DNA of 64,000 nt from Macrostomum lignano (taxonomy: Eukaryota). Below the pieces are notes generated by a model. That model was not told the origin of the DNA. It worked only from the letters and a program-made list of their open reading frames with translations, and did no database searches. The stretch lies in assembly GCA_002269645.1 (NCBI GenBank), contig NIVC01000673.1:248001-312000 (forward strand), given 5' to 3'. Position numbers and translations under genes: made by a program. This document shows, in pieces, positions 37,035 through 51,570 of this stretch (position 1 is its first letter; each line of letters begins with the position of its first letter).

Positions 37035-38602
37035 GGTCCAAGAAAAGACCAGATGAAAGAACCAAATGACCAGATGGAAGCATCGAATGACCTGATGGAA
37101 GAATCAAATGACCAGATGGAAGAATCAAATGACCAGATGGAAGAATCAAATGACCAGATGGAAGAATCAAATGACCAGATGGAAGAATCGAATGACCAGA
37201 TGGAAAAATCAAATGACCAGTTGGAAGAATCAAATGACCAGTTGGAAGAATCAAATGACCAGTTGGAAGAATCAAATGACCAGATGGAAGCATCGAATGA
37301 CCTGATGGAAGAAACAAATGACCAGATGGAAGAATCAAATGACCAGATGGAAGAATCGAATGACCAGATATGATAATCAAATGACCAGATGTGAGAATCA
37401 AATGACCAGATGGAAGAACCAAATGACAAGATGGAAGAATCAAATGACCAGATATGATAATCAAATGACCAGATGGAAGAATCAAATGACCAGATGGAAA
37501 AATCAAATGACCAGATATGATAATCAAATGACCAGATGGAAGAATCAAATGACCAGATGGAAGAATCAAATGACCAGATGGAAGAATCAAATGACCAGTT
37601 GGAAGAATCAAATGACCAGTTGGAAGAATCAAATGACCAGATGGAAGCATCGAATGACCTGATGGAAGAAACAAATGACCAGATGGAAGAATCAAATGAC
37701 CAGATCGAAGAATCAAATGACCAGATATGAGAATCAACTGACCAGATGGAAGAATCGAATGACCAGATATGATAATCAAATGAGCAGATATGAGAATCAA
37801 ATGACCAGATGGAAGAATCAAATGACCAGATCGAAGAATCAAATGACCAGATATGAGAATCAACTGACCAGATGGAAGAATCAAATGACCAGATCGAAGA
37901 ATCAAATGACCAGATGTGAGAATCAAATGACCAGATGTGAGAATCAAATGACCAGATCGAAGAATCAAATGACCTGATGTGAGAATCAGATGACCAGATT
38001 GAAGAATCAAATGACCAGATGGAAGAATCAAATGACCAGAAATGAGAATCAAATGACCAGATATGAGAATCAAATGACCAGATTGAAGCATCAAGTGACC
38101 AGATGGAAGAATCAAATGACCAGAAATGAGAATCAAATGACCAGATATGAGAATCAGATGACCAGATAGAAGAATCAAATGACCAGATGGAAGAATCAAA
38201 TGACCAGAAACGAGAATCAAATGACCAGATATGAGAATCAAATGACCAGATTGAAGCATCAAGTGACCAGATGGAAGAATCAAATGACCAGAAATGAGAA
38301 TCAAATGACCAGATATGAGAATCAAATGACCAGATTGAAGCATCAAGTGACCAGATGGAAGAATCAAATGACCAGAAATGAGAATCAAATGACCAGATAT
38401 GAGAATCAAATGACCAGATTGAAGCATCAAGTGACCAGATGGAAGAATCAAATGACCAGAAATGAGAATCAAATGACCAGATATGAGAATCAAATGACCA
38501 GATTGAAGCATCAAGTGACCAGATGGAAGAATCAAATGACCAGAAATGAGAATCAAATGACCAGATATGAGAATCAAATGACCAGATTGAAGCATCAAGT
38601 GA
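37035..38602. repeat. Same 21-bp satellite, right block
   Basis: Same unit and orientation; ends in a 4-unit (84-bp) higher-order repeat. Confidence 0.96.
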
Positions 38603-39124
38603 CTACGATGAAGTATTAAAAGAGAAAAACCATCGCTGTTAAGTCGATGCATTCGAATTTTCCAGCACACAAAATGCCCATTTTTGAAGAAACAACAAAT
38701 ATTGGTCACAAAAATCAGACGCACAAATAATAAATTTATTTATTAACTGGCTGAAATCTACAGGTAACGGACACATTTATAAACGCACACATAGCTAGCA
38801 TTGTGGAATAATATCATCAATAGTGTCTTGGAAACAAAAACACTCAAAACAAAAATCACAGGAATATATAATTTCTTCCATCTTACGAATGATTAAAAAA
38901 GTCACGATTATTACAGACATCTGTGTAGCGTTATAATCTTGTTAAGCACTGTAACCTTATCATAAGAACAAAAATACACAGCTGGTAGCATAGTGGACAC
39001 TCAATAAAATGATTATCTCGATGGACGATAAGCTAAATAATTATCCATATTATAATATGCAGGTCATCAACGATCTACAACGACTGTTGTAAAAATTATA
39101 AATCAAAAAGCGTTTGCTGGCATG

Positions 39125-39985
39125 TCTCAACGACACGTCCCACCGACACATATCACCGACTTATCTCATCCACACATCTCACTGACACATCTCACCGACA
39201 CATCTCACCGACTTATCTCACCGACACGTCTCACCGACACATCTCACCGACTTATCTCACTGACACATCTCACCGACACATCTTACCGACACATCTCACC
39301 GACACATCTCACCGACACATCTCACCGACTTATCGCATTGACACATCTCACCGATTTATCTCATCGACACATCTCACCGACACATTTCATCGACACATCT
39401 CACCGACACATCTCACTGACACATCTCACCAACACATCTCATCGACTTATCTCACCGACACGTCTCACCAACACATATCACCGACTTATCTCACTGACAC
39501 ATCTCACCGACACATCATACCGACACATCTCACCGACACATCTCACCGACTTATCTCACAGACTCATCTCACCGACATATCTCACCGACACATCTCACCG
39601 ACACATCTTACCGACACATCTCACCGACACATCTCACCGACACATCTCACCGACACATCTCACCGACTTATTGCATCGACACATCTCACCGACTTATCTC
39701 ATCGACACATCTCACCGACGTATATCACCGACACATCTCACCGACTTATCTCATCGACACATCTCACCGACATATCTCACCGACACATCTCACCGACACA
39801 TATCACCAACTTTTCTCACCGACACATCTCACCGACACATCTCACCGACTTATCTCACCGACACATCTCACCGACACACCTCACCGACTTTTCTCACCGA
39901 CACATCTCACCGACTTATCTCACCGACACATCTCACCGACACACCTCACCGACTTTTCTCACCGACACATCTCATCGACATACCT
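39125..39985. repeat. 13/14-bp minisatellite (CACATCTCACCGAC / TTATCTCACCGAC)
   Basis: Direct reading. Confidence 0.93.
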
Positions 39986-40311
39986 TAAACTGACAGTTTT
40001 CAAGCGACGTGACTCATTAAGTCAAAATCAGACTATTCGTAATGGAAGATTGTTTACACTACATAAACGAAATTGCCGCAAAAATATGTTTAAAAGCACT
40101 AAAAGCTAAAACGACTGCAGTGTCGCTCAGTCAAAATTGACTCGACATTCGGGCTAGGAACTAAGGGCCATCACAACAATTAATGACGTTTCTTTAAAAA
40201 AACTTTGACAAAAACGCACGTTATTACACAGCGATAAATATTATTATCAAATGAGATTTTCAGCCCCCAGCGTACGGCACTCCCTCAGCACTCCCTTAGT
40301 TCCATTCACTG

Positions 40312-40482
40312 TCAATCCTTGAGCAGATGGGCCTTCTCGGTAGAGCTGGTGCCACCGGTGGGCCGACTAGCTTGGTCAGCGCTTGAGTCCGCTGTGCCGT
40401 ACTTTGAGCTGCTGTTGCTGGAGGCGCCGGCAGTGGCGGTGGCGCCGCCCCCATCGTCTGGGTCCGAGGGGCGTCGGTTGGT
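40312..40482 (-). CDS. TMEM184B: TMEM184B-like terminal exon 7
   Basis: gtctgcAG|ACC... phase 0, encodes TNRRPSDPDD...STEKAHLLKD*. The EKxxLL end resembles EKTLLL of TMEM184B. The seven exons sum to 1260 nt = 419 aa + stop. Confidence 0.8.
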   Translation of the reverse strand, partial: TNRRPSDPDDGGGATATAGASSNSSSKYGTADSSADQASRPTGGTSSTEKAHLLKD

Positions 40483-40774
40483 CTGCAGACGGCGGGCGGG
40501 GGGGGGGGAATTGTTTGGTGATGAGGGGCAATGCCGCTTGGAGAAATTCAGTTGTGCTGGTTCTGTGTTTTTTATATTCAGAGTGGGGCGGCCTATGCTT
40601 AAAACATGGCTGTGATCATACAGTGTGTGTGCGCGTGTGTGTGTGTGTTACTTTCCATCGCTTTTGGGGTGTTTGCCAATGTCTATTTGCTTAAAGTGTC
40701 CGGATCGTTATTCTAAACTAATCTAATCTAACTTTCCGGAAGTGTCCGGTTCCTTCAAGTTTCCGGTTTTCCAA

Positions 40775-41275
40775 GTGTGCCCCGGTTTACAAAGTGTCCG
40801 GTTTATCAAGTGTCCGGGTTAACAAATTTCTGGTTTATCAATTATCTGATTTATCTGTGTCCGGTTTATCAAGTGTCCGGTTTATCAAGTGTCCGGTTTA
40901 TCAAGTGTCCGGTTTATCAAGTGTCCGGTTTATCAAGTGTCCGGTTTATCAAGTGTCCGGTTTATCAAGTGTCCGGTTTATCAAGTGTCCGGTTTATCAA
41001 TTGTCCGGTTTATCAAGTGTCCGGTTTATCAAGTGTCCGGTTTATCAAGTATCCAGTCTATCAAGTGTCCGGTTTATCAAGTGTCCGGTTTATCAAGTGT
41101 CCAGTTTATCAAGTATCCAGTCTATCAAGTGTCCGGTTCATTAAGTATCCGGTTCATTAAGTATCCGGTTTATCAAGTGTCCGGCTTTATCAAGTGTCCG
41201 GCTTTATCAAGTGTCCGGCTTTATCAAGTGTCCGGCTTTATCAAGTGTCCGGCTTTATCAAGTGTCCAGTTTACG
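40775..41275. repeat. 16-bp minisatellite (TATCAAGTGTCCGGTT)n in TMEM184 intron 6
   Basis: Direct reading. Confidence 0.93.
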
Positions 41276-41320
41276 GAGTGTCCGGCTCGCAGACAAAAAT
41301 TGCCAAACACCTTTAACTCA

Positions 41321-42217
<897 letters not shown>

Positions 42218-42847
42218 TCACCAAATTCGTCTAACTCTCTGTTTGCATAATTCACACTCCGAATGAATCAAACTGAATCAAAAAATTGATCCAATTCAGA
42301 ACTGAACGCGTGCTACAGTTTCATACAAAATCCTTGATGCAAAACGAAAATGCTTTTCATCTCAATTTTCCATATTTTCAAGCAATAAAGCCATTCATGC
42401 AGTCATGATTCCCGAAAAAATCAGGAGTTAATTTTTTAAGCTTAATAAATTAAAAGACACCTCTCAACGTGGGTGGATGGCTATGCTAGGGAGGGGGGCT
42501 AAGTCCTGGCCTGGAAATATTAATCCCCCCACGCTTTGCTAGAAGGGTCACTGATCAGTCTTGCACGGCAAACCCGCGCGCATCTCGTAGTTCGTGCTTC
42601 ATCATCCCTTAGACTGGCTAAGGGGCACATTAATTAGGCGCAGTTTACACCTGGCTTCCCCAGCAGCTGCCGCGCAAAACCAGACACCTGTTGAATCTCT
42701 CCATTTTTAATCTCAAATTGAGAAGCTGATCAGATTGCCTCTGATTAGTGTGACTTTGCATACTCTCTGCCTAGCAACTGCTAAATCCGGGTGATGAATT
42801 TGACTGATTCTAGTGCTTGCGGGTGAATTGTCTGACACTTTTGAGAC

Positions 42848-44575
42848 GGGAATTCGGAGATGGGGAATTCGAGGATGGGGAATTCGAGGATGGGGAATTC
42901 GAGGATGGGGAATTCGAGGATAGTGGGGAATTCGAGGATGGGGAATTCGAGGATGGGGAATTCGAGGATGGGGAATTCGAGGATAGTGGGGAATTCGAGG
43001 ATGGGGAATTCGAGGATGGGGAATTCGAGGATAGTGGGGAATTCGAGGATGGGGAATTCCAGGATGGGGAATTCGAGGATGGAGAACTCAAGGATGGGGA
43101 ATCCGAGGATAGTGGAATTCGATAGTGGGGAATTCGAGGAGGGAAATTCGAGGATGAGGAATTCGGAGATGAGGAATTCGGAGATGAGGAATTCGGAGAT
43201 GGGAATTCGAGGATGAGGAATTCGGAGATGAGGAATTCGAGGATGAGGAATTCGGAGATGAGGAATTCGGAGATTAGGAATTCGGAGATGGGGAATTCGA
43301 GGATGAGGAATTCGGAGATGGGGAATTCGAGGATGAGGAATTCGGAGATGGGGAATTCGAGGATGAGGAATTCGGAGATGGGGAATTCGAGGATGAGGAA
43401 TTCGGAGATGGGGAATTCGAGGATGAGGAATTCGGAGATGGGAATTCGAGGATGAGGAATTCGGAGATGGGAATTCGAGGATGAGGAATTCGGAGATGGG
43501 AATTCGAGGATGAGGAATTCGGAGATGGGGAATTCGAGGATGAGGAATTCGGAGATGGGAATTCGAGGATGGGGAATTCGAGGATAGTGGAATTCGATAG
43601 TGGGGAATTCGAGGATAGTGGAATTCGGAGATGGGGAATTCGAGGATGAGGAATTCGGAGATGGGAATTCGAGGATGAGGAATTCGGAGATGGGAATTCG
43701 AGGATGGGGAATTCGAGGATAGTGGGGAATCCGAGGAGGGAAATTCGAGGATGAGGAATTCGGAGATGAGGAATTCGGAGATGGGAATTCGAGGATGAGG
43801 AATTCGGAGATGAGGAATTCGGAGATGAGGAATTCGGAGATGGGAATTCGAGGATGAGGAATTCGGAGATGGGAATTCGAGGATGGGGAATTCGAGGATG
43901 AGGAATTCGGAGATGGGAATTCGAGGATGGGGAATTCGATAGTGGGGAATTCGAGGAGGGAAATTCGAGGATGAGGAATTCGGAGATGAGGAATTCGGAG
44001 ATGAGGAATTCGGAGATGGGAATTCGAGGATGAGGAATTCGGAGATGAGGAATTCGGATATGAGGAATTCGGAGATGAGGAATTCGGAGATGAGGAATTC
44101 GGAGATGAGGAATTCGGAAATGAGGAATTCGGAGATGGGGAATTCGGAGATGGGAATTCGAGGATGAGGAATTCGGAGATGGGAATTCGAGGATGGGGAA
44201 TTCGAGGATGAGGAATTCGGAGATGGGAATTCGAGGATGGGGAGTTCGATAGTGGGGAATTCGAGGAGGGAAATTCGAGGATGAGGAATTCGGAGATGAG
44301 GAATTCGGAGATGAGGAATTCGGAGATGAGGAATTCGGAGATGGGAATTCGAGGATGAGGAATTCGGAGATGAGGAATTCGGAGATGGGAATTCGAGGAT
44401 GAGGAATTCGGAGATGAGGAATTCGGAGATGAGGAATTCGGAGATTAGGAATTCGGAGATGAGGAATTCGGAGATGAGGAATTCGGAGATTAGGAATTCG
44501 GAGATGGGGAATTCGGAGATGAGGAATTCGGAAATGAGGAATTCGGAGATGGGGAATTCGGAAAGGGGAGATTCA
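42848..44575. repeat. 15/16-bp EcoRI-site minisatellite (GAGGAATTCGGAGAT / GGGGAATTCGAGGAT)
   Basis: GAATTC occurs in almost every unit. Confidence 0.95.
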
Positions 44576-44931
44576 AGGGGTGGAGAGTTCAGAATTTGGG
44601 GTTTGAGACTAAAAGCCTGAAAGAAAAATCAGAGCCATGCAATAGCCTTGCACTCGATGGTGCTCTCAAATTAACAGAAATATTCGAAAAAATCATTTAG
44701 GTCAGCAATTTGATGCCGAGTCCCCATTAGTTCCATTAGCAGCACCTGGCCGGCCACTAATTAGCCAAGGATTTTATTTCATTTTTTTTCAGATTGAAGT
44801 AACTTTTAAGCGATCAAATATTTTTCTCCAACGTTGCAAAAGAATCACGATGGAAAGCATAAACTGAAACGGGTGTGGTTCAAACCTGCCCGTGTTCTGA
44901 TATCTGCATGCTGAGTCTGCTTGCATCTTAT

Positions 44932-45495
44932 CTCCTCTCCTCTCCTCTCCTCTCCTCTCCTCTCCTCTCCTCTCCTCCCTCTCCTCTCCTCTCCTCTCCT
45001 CTCCACTTCTCTCCTCTCCTCTCCACTTCTCTCCTCTCCTCTCCTCCCTCTCCTCTCCTCGTCTCTCCTCTCCTCTCCTCTCCTCTCCTCTCCTCCCTCT
45101 CCTCTCCTCGTCTCTCCTCTCCTCTCCTCTCCTCTCCTCTCCTCCCTCTCCTCTCCTCTCCTCTCCTCTCCACTTCTCTCCTCTCCTCTCCACTTCTCTC
45201 CTCTCCTCTCCTCCCTCTCCTCTCCTCGTCTCTCCTCTCCTCTCCTCTCCTCTCCTCTCCTCCCTCTCCTCTCCTCTCCTCTCCTCTCCTCTCCTCTCCT
45301 CTCCTCTCCTCTCCTCTCCTCTCCTCTCCTCTCCTCTCCTCTCCTCCCTCTCCTCTCCTCGCCTCTCCTCTCCTCTCCTCTCCTCTCCTTTCCTTTTCCT
45401 CTCCTCTCCACTTCTCTCCACTTCTCCCCTCTCCTCTCCTCTTCTCACCTCTCCTCTCCTCTCCTCTCCTCTCCTCTCCTCTCCTCTCCTCTCTT
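44932..45495. repeat. (CTCTC)n microsatellite
   Basis: Direct reading. Confidence 0.95.
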
Positions 45496-45548
45496 CTTAA
45501 AATCAATTTTCGACTTTACTTTAAACTACTGACAACTGAATTTTCTCA

Positions 45549-45680
<132 letters not shown>

Positions 45681-45786
45681 CTAAAAGGACATTGTTTTTA
45701 AACGAAAATATTTCTTAGAAAGCATGGATTTGCATTCTAATTTTAAATTAGCTTGTACAATAAAGCTTCTTGTAATCGGTGAAAAC

Positions 45787-45862
45787 CTTTTTGCAAAAGC
45801 GAAGAAACTCGATGGTGTAGGACTGTCCAGCAAAACAGCAGGTGCAAAATGTCCAATTTAAT
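45787..45862 (-). CDS. TMEM184B: TMEM184B-like exon 4
   Basis: ttttAG|A... encodes (E)LNWTFCTCCFAGQSYTIEFLRFCKK. Weak donor aag|GTTTTC, phase 0. Confidence 0.88.
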
Positions 45863-45934
45863 CTAAAATTTTGTTGGTAAGATTTGTTATAATCTAAAGG
45901 CTCAGTATCGGGCGTACTTGTCATGGTGAACTCA

Positions 45935-46036
<102 letters not shown>

Positions 46037-46074
46037 TCACAAAAGAACACAAGCCAGTTGTTTTGTTCTCCAAC

Positions 46075-46870
46075 TCTCCAACTCTCTCCCCTACAATGTA
46101 CATTATTTCAAGCCCAACTCTCTCCCCTACAATGTACATTATTTCAAGCCCAACTCTCTCCCCTACAATGTACATTATTTCAAGCCCAACTCTCTCCCCT
46201 ACAATGTACATTATTTCAAGCCCAACTCCCTCCCCTACAATGTACATTATTTCAAGCCCAACTCCCTCCCCTACAATGTACATTATTTCAAGCCCAACTC
46301 CCTCCCCTACAATGTACATTATTTCAAGCCCAACTCTCTCCCCTACAATGTACATTATTTCAAGCCCAACTCTCTCCCCTACAATGTACATTATTTCAAG
46401 CCCAACTCCCTCCCCTACAATGTACATTATTTCAAGCCCAACTCTCTCCCCTACAATGTACATTATTTCAAGCCCAACTCTCTCCCCTACAATGTACATT
46501 ATTTCAAGCCCAACTCCCTCCCCTACAATGTACATTATTTCAAGCCCAACTCTCTCCCCTACAATGTACATTATTTCAAGCCCAACTCTCTCCCTACAAT
46601 GTACATTATTTCAAGCCCAACTCTCTCCCCTACAATGTACATTATTTCAAGCCCAACTCTCTCCCCTACAATGTACATTATTTCAAGCCCAACTCTCTCC
46701 CCTACAATGTACATTATTTCAAGCCCAACTCCCTCCCCTACAATGTACATTATTTCAAGCCCAACTCTCTCCCTACAATGTACATTATTTCAAGCCCAAC
46801 TCTCTCCCCTACAATGTACATTCCGCTCGGCTCAACTCTGTCCCCTAGAATATGTACATTCCTAATGACT
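46075..46870. repeat. 36-bp minisatellite (TCTCTCCCCTACAATGTACATTATTTCAAGCCCAAC)n
   Basis: About 21 units, starting about 50 nt from the exon 3 acceptor. Confidence 0.96.
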
Positions 46871-47529
46871 AGATTCTCCATCAATTGATTCTATTTCAAT
46901 GTAGCTCCCCTCGTATAACCCAAGAAGCTCTATAATTAGCAATCCTATATACTAAAAATGAGTTGTCTGTATATGGGTATGCGATTGATTTCAGAAAAAT
47001 TGGCTCAACCGATTTTCTTCAAACTTGCACCATTTGATCAGAAATTTTCCTGGGACGGTACATGCATCTTGGCTAAGAAATTGCTCGATGCTAAAGGCAT
47101 TAAATATTCGAAAAACATGCTTTTTTGCAAAGGTCAAGCCAAATTTTTGACCTGAAATGCATTGTAAGAATGCTAGAGAAAAAACTGACTGACTGAATTT
47201 CAATTCTGATAAAGATTGCATCACAACAAGTTGAAAACAGTGCCGAAGAAATGCACACACGACTTGATTTAAATTGCGTAACCAATATTGCTAACTATAA
47301 CTGAGACTGATACTGGCTGACTGAGAAATTGATTATGTCATAACTTTTTACTTTAATTGACTTGCTGTAAGAATTGAATTATAAGGGCCACAATTCATGT
47401 ACTCCAATTGAAAAGAGATAGCCTAGATACGAACAGACTGGACTGCCAACGTAGCGACCTGGGTTCGAATCTTAGTAGTGCAAAATAATTTTTTTATAAA
47501 ACACATTGAAAACACGAAACTGTTAAACA

Positions 47530-50500
47530 TAAAAAAGCACAATGTCAAACATTACATGGGCACCATGTAAAACATATACGTGACTCTATGTCAAACATTA
47601 AAGAGCCACGATGTAAAACATAAAAGAGTCACCATTTCGAACATTAAAGAGCCACCATGCCAAACATAAAAGAGCCACCACGTCGAACATTAAAGAGCCA
47701 CCATGCCAAACATAAAAGAGCCACTATGTCGAACATTAAAGAGCTAGCATGTCAAACATTAAAGAGCCACTAAAGAGCCACTATGTCGAACATTAAAGAG
47801 CCACCATTTCGAACATAAAAGAGCCGCCATGTAAAACATTAAAGAGCCACATTGTCAAACATAAAAGAGCCACCATGTAAGACATTTAACAGCCATCATG
47901 TGAAACATTAAAGAGCCACCATGTCAAACATTAAAGAGCCACCGTATCAAACATAAAAGAGTTACCATGTAGAACAAAAAAGAGCCACCATGTCGAACAT
48001 AAAAGAGCCACCATGTCAAACATAAAAGAGCCAACATGTCAAAACTAAACGAGCCACCATGTCTAATATTTAAGAGACACCATGCAAAACATATAAGTGA
48101 CTTTATGTCAAACATTAAAGAGCCACCATGTCAAGCATAAAAGAGCCACCATGTCAAACATAAAAGAGCCACCATGTCGAACATTAAAGAGCCACCATGT
48201 CAAGCATAAAACAGCCACCATGTCAAACATTAAAGAGCCATGTCAAACACTAAAGAGCCACCATGTCGAACATAAACGAGCCATTATGTCGTACATTAAA
48301 GAGCCACCATGTCGAACATAAAAGAGCCACCATGTCAAACATTAAAGAGCCACCATGTCAGATATTAAAGAGCCACTATGTCAAACATTAAAGAGCCACC
48401 ATGTCAAACATTAAAGAGCCACCATGTCGAACATTAAAGAGCCACAATGTGTAGAACATTAAAGAGCCACAATGTCAAACATTAAAGAGCCATCATGTCA
48501 AACAATAAAGAGCCACCATGTCGAACATTAAAGAGCCACCATGTCGAAGATTAAAGAGCCACAATAAGTAGAACATTAAAGAGCCACAATAAGTAGAACA
48601 TTAAAGAGCCACAATGTCAAGCATTAAAGAGCCACAATGTCAAGCATTAAAGAGCCACCATGTAGAACATTAAAGAGCCACAATGTCAAACATTAAAGAG
48701 CCACAATGTAGAACATTAAAAAGCCATCATGTCAAACAATAAAGAGCCACAATGTAGAACATTAAAGAGCCACCATGTCGAATACTAAAGAGCCACAATA
48801 TGTAGAACATTAAAGAGCCACAATGTCAAACATTAAAGAGCCATCATGTCAAACAATAAAGAGCCACCATGTCGAACATTAAAGAGCCACCATGTCGAAC
48901 ATTAAAGAGCCACAATAAGTAGAACATTAAAGAGCCACAATAAGTAGAACATTAAAGAGCCACAATGTCAAGCATTAAAGAGCCACCATGTAGAACATTA
49001 AAGAGCCACCATGTAGAGCATTAAAGAGCCACAATGTAGAGCATTAAAGAGCCACCATGTAGAACATTAAAGAGCCACCATGTCTAACATTAAAGAGGCA
49101 CAATTTCGAACATTAAAGAGCCACCATGTCGAACATTAAAGAGCCACCATGTCAAACATTAAAGAGCCATGTCAAACACTAAAGAGCCACCATGTCAAAC
49201 ATTAAAGAGCCACCATGTCAAGCATAAAAGAGCCACCATGTCAAACATTTAAGAGCCATGTCAAACACTAAAGAGCCACCATGTCAAACATTAAAGAGCC
49301 ACCATGTCAAACATATACGTGACTCACTGTCTAACATTAAAGAGCCACCATGTCGAACATTAAAAGCCACCATGTCAAACATTAAAGAGCCACCATATCG
49401 AACACTAAAGAGCCACCATGTCAAACATATATGTGACCCCATGTCAAATATATACGTGACTCCATGTCACACATAAAAGAGCCACCATGTAAAACATATA
49501 CATATGACTACATAACAAACATTAAACAGCCACCATGTCGAACATTAAAGAGCCATCATGTCAAACATAAAAGAGCCACCATGTCAAACATTAAAGAGCC
49601 ACAATGTCAAACATTAAAGAGCCACTATGTCAAACATAAAAGAGCCACCATGTAAAGCATATACGTGACTCCATGCCAAATATATACGTGACTCCATGTC
49701 AAACACATACGTGACTCCATGTTAAACACTAAAGAGCCACCATGTCAAAGATTAAAGAGCCACGATGTCGAACATTTAAGAGCACCATGTTAAACATAAA
49801 GGAGCCACCATGTCGAACATTAAAGAGCCACCATTTCAAGCATAAAAGAGCCACTATGTCAAACATTAAAGAGCCACCATGTCAAACAATAAAGAGCCAC
49901 CATGTAGAACATTAAAGAGCCACAATGTAGAACATTAAAAAGCCATCATGTCAAACAATAAAGAGCCACAATGTAGAACATTAAAGAGCCACCATGTCGA
50001 AGATTAAAGAGCCACAATAAGTAGAACATTAAAGAGCCACAATGTCAAGCATTAAATAGCCACCATGTAGAGCATTAAAGAGCCACCATGTAGAACATTA
50101 AAGAGCCACCATGTCTAACATTAAAGAGCCACCATTTCTAACAGTAAAGAGCCACCATGTAGAACATTAAAGAGCCACCATGTCTAACATTAAAGAGCCA
50201 CCATTTCTAACAGTAAAGAGCCACCATGTCGAACATTAAAAAGCCATAATGTCAAACAATAAAGAGCCACCATGTTGAACATTTAAGAGCCACAATGTAG
50301 AACATTAAAGAGCCACAATGTCAAATATTAAAGAGCACAATGTAGAACATTAAAGAGCCACAATGTAGAACATTAAAGAACCACCATGTAGAACATTAAA
50401 GAGCCATCATGTCAAACAAAGAGCAACAATGTAGAAAATTAAAGAGCCACAATGTAGAACATTAAAGAGCCACAATGTCGAGCATTAAAGAGACACCATG

Positions 50501-50930
50501 TCAAACATTAAAAAGCCACCATGTCAAACAATAAAGAGCCACCATGTTGAACATTAAAGAGCAAGCATGTTAAACAGTAAAGAGCCACCATGTCGAACAT
50601 TAAAGAGCCACCATGTCGAACATTAACGAGCCACGATGTCAAACATAAAAGAGCTACCAAGTTAGACATAGAAGAGCCACCATGTGAAACATATATGTCA
50701 CTCCATGTCAAACATTAAAGAGCCACCGTTTCTAACATTAAGGAGCCACCATGACAAACATAAAACTGGCACGATGTCAAACATTAAAGAGCCACCATGT
50801 AGAACATTAAAGAGTCACCATGCCAAACATTAAAAAGCCACCAATTCAAACATAAAATAGTCACCATTTCAAACACAGGAGAGACATTTTCAAACGTAAT
50901 AAGAAGCGTCATGCCAATCATAAAGGAGCC
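47530..50930. repeat. 23-bp satellite (CATGTCAAACATTAAAGAGCCAC)n inside Helitron copy 1
   Basis: Direct reading; roughly 150 divergent units. Confidence 0.92.
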
Positions 50931-50984
50931 CCTAGAAAGCTAAAAGGAAATGTTGCACTATATACTTCTTGTCTGGTGGATGCT

Positions 50985-51420
50985 TGCTATTTAAGGATAG
51001 ATACTTGCTATCTGGGGGTTCTTTCTATCTGGGGTGCTTGCTATCTGAGGGATGCTTGCTATCTGGGGGTGCTTGCTATCTGGGGGTGCTTGCTATCTGG
51101 GGGTGCTTGCTATCTGGGGGTGCTTGCTATCTGGGGGTGCTTGCTATCTGGGGGTGCTTGCTATCTGGGGGTGCTTGCTATCTGGGGGTGCTTGCTATCT
51201 GGGGGTGCTTGCTATCTGGGGGTGCTTGCTATCTGGGGGTGCTTGCTATCTGGGGTGCTTGCTATCTGGGGGTGCTTGCTATCTGGGGGTGCTTGCTATC
51301 TGGGGTGCTTGCTATCTGGGGGTGCTTGCTATCTGGGGGTGCTTGCTATCTGGGGGTGCTTGCTATCTGGGGGTGCTTGCTATCTGGGGGTGCTTGCTAT
51401 CTGGGAGGAGGGGGGATGCT
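50985..51420. repeat. 16/17-bp array (TGCTTGCTATCTGGGGG)n inside Helitron copy 1
   Basis: Period 17 (51061 to 51078). Confidence 0.92.
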
Positions 51421-51570
51421 TGCTGTCTTGGGATGTTTTCTTTTTGCATTGCGCTTCATTTGAGCAGTTTTTCTGTTGTCTTTGTGAAGACTCTATTTGG
51501 CGGTTTTTTTTACTTGTAGAGAACAGAAGTTCTATCCAGATGTCCCCCATCGGGGGGTAAAGATTGCTAG

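Larger units (their letters stand above)
46943..51570 (+). mobile_element. Non-autonomous Helitron, copy 1 (carries 23-bp and 17-bp arrays)
   Basis: 5' a|TCCTATATACTAAAAATGAG. 3' hairpin CCCCC-ATC-GGGGG (51544-51556) followed by CTAG (51567-51570). No TIR or TSD. The first ~600 bp are homologous to copy 2, including a 51-nt identical stretch. Confidence 0.8.

Noticed and set aside
34539-38724. Coiled-coil-like (MEESNDQ)n or (NQMTRWK)n protein
   Set aside because: Common unit variants introduce TGA/TAG stops in both + frames; the long minus ORFs are compositional.
44790-44870. FMLSIVILLQRWRKIFD as the missing TMEM184 exon
   Set aside because: The real exon ([10 protein letters not shown]...GNF) was found at 45589-45680 with correct phases.
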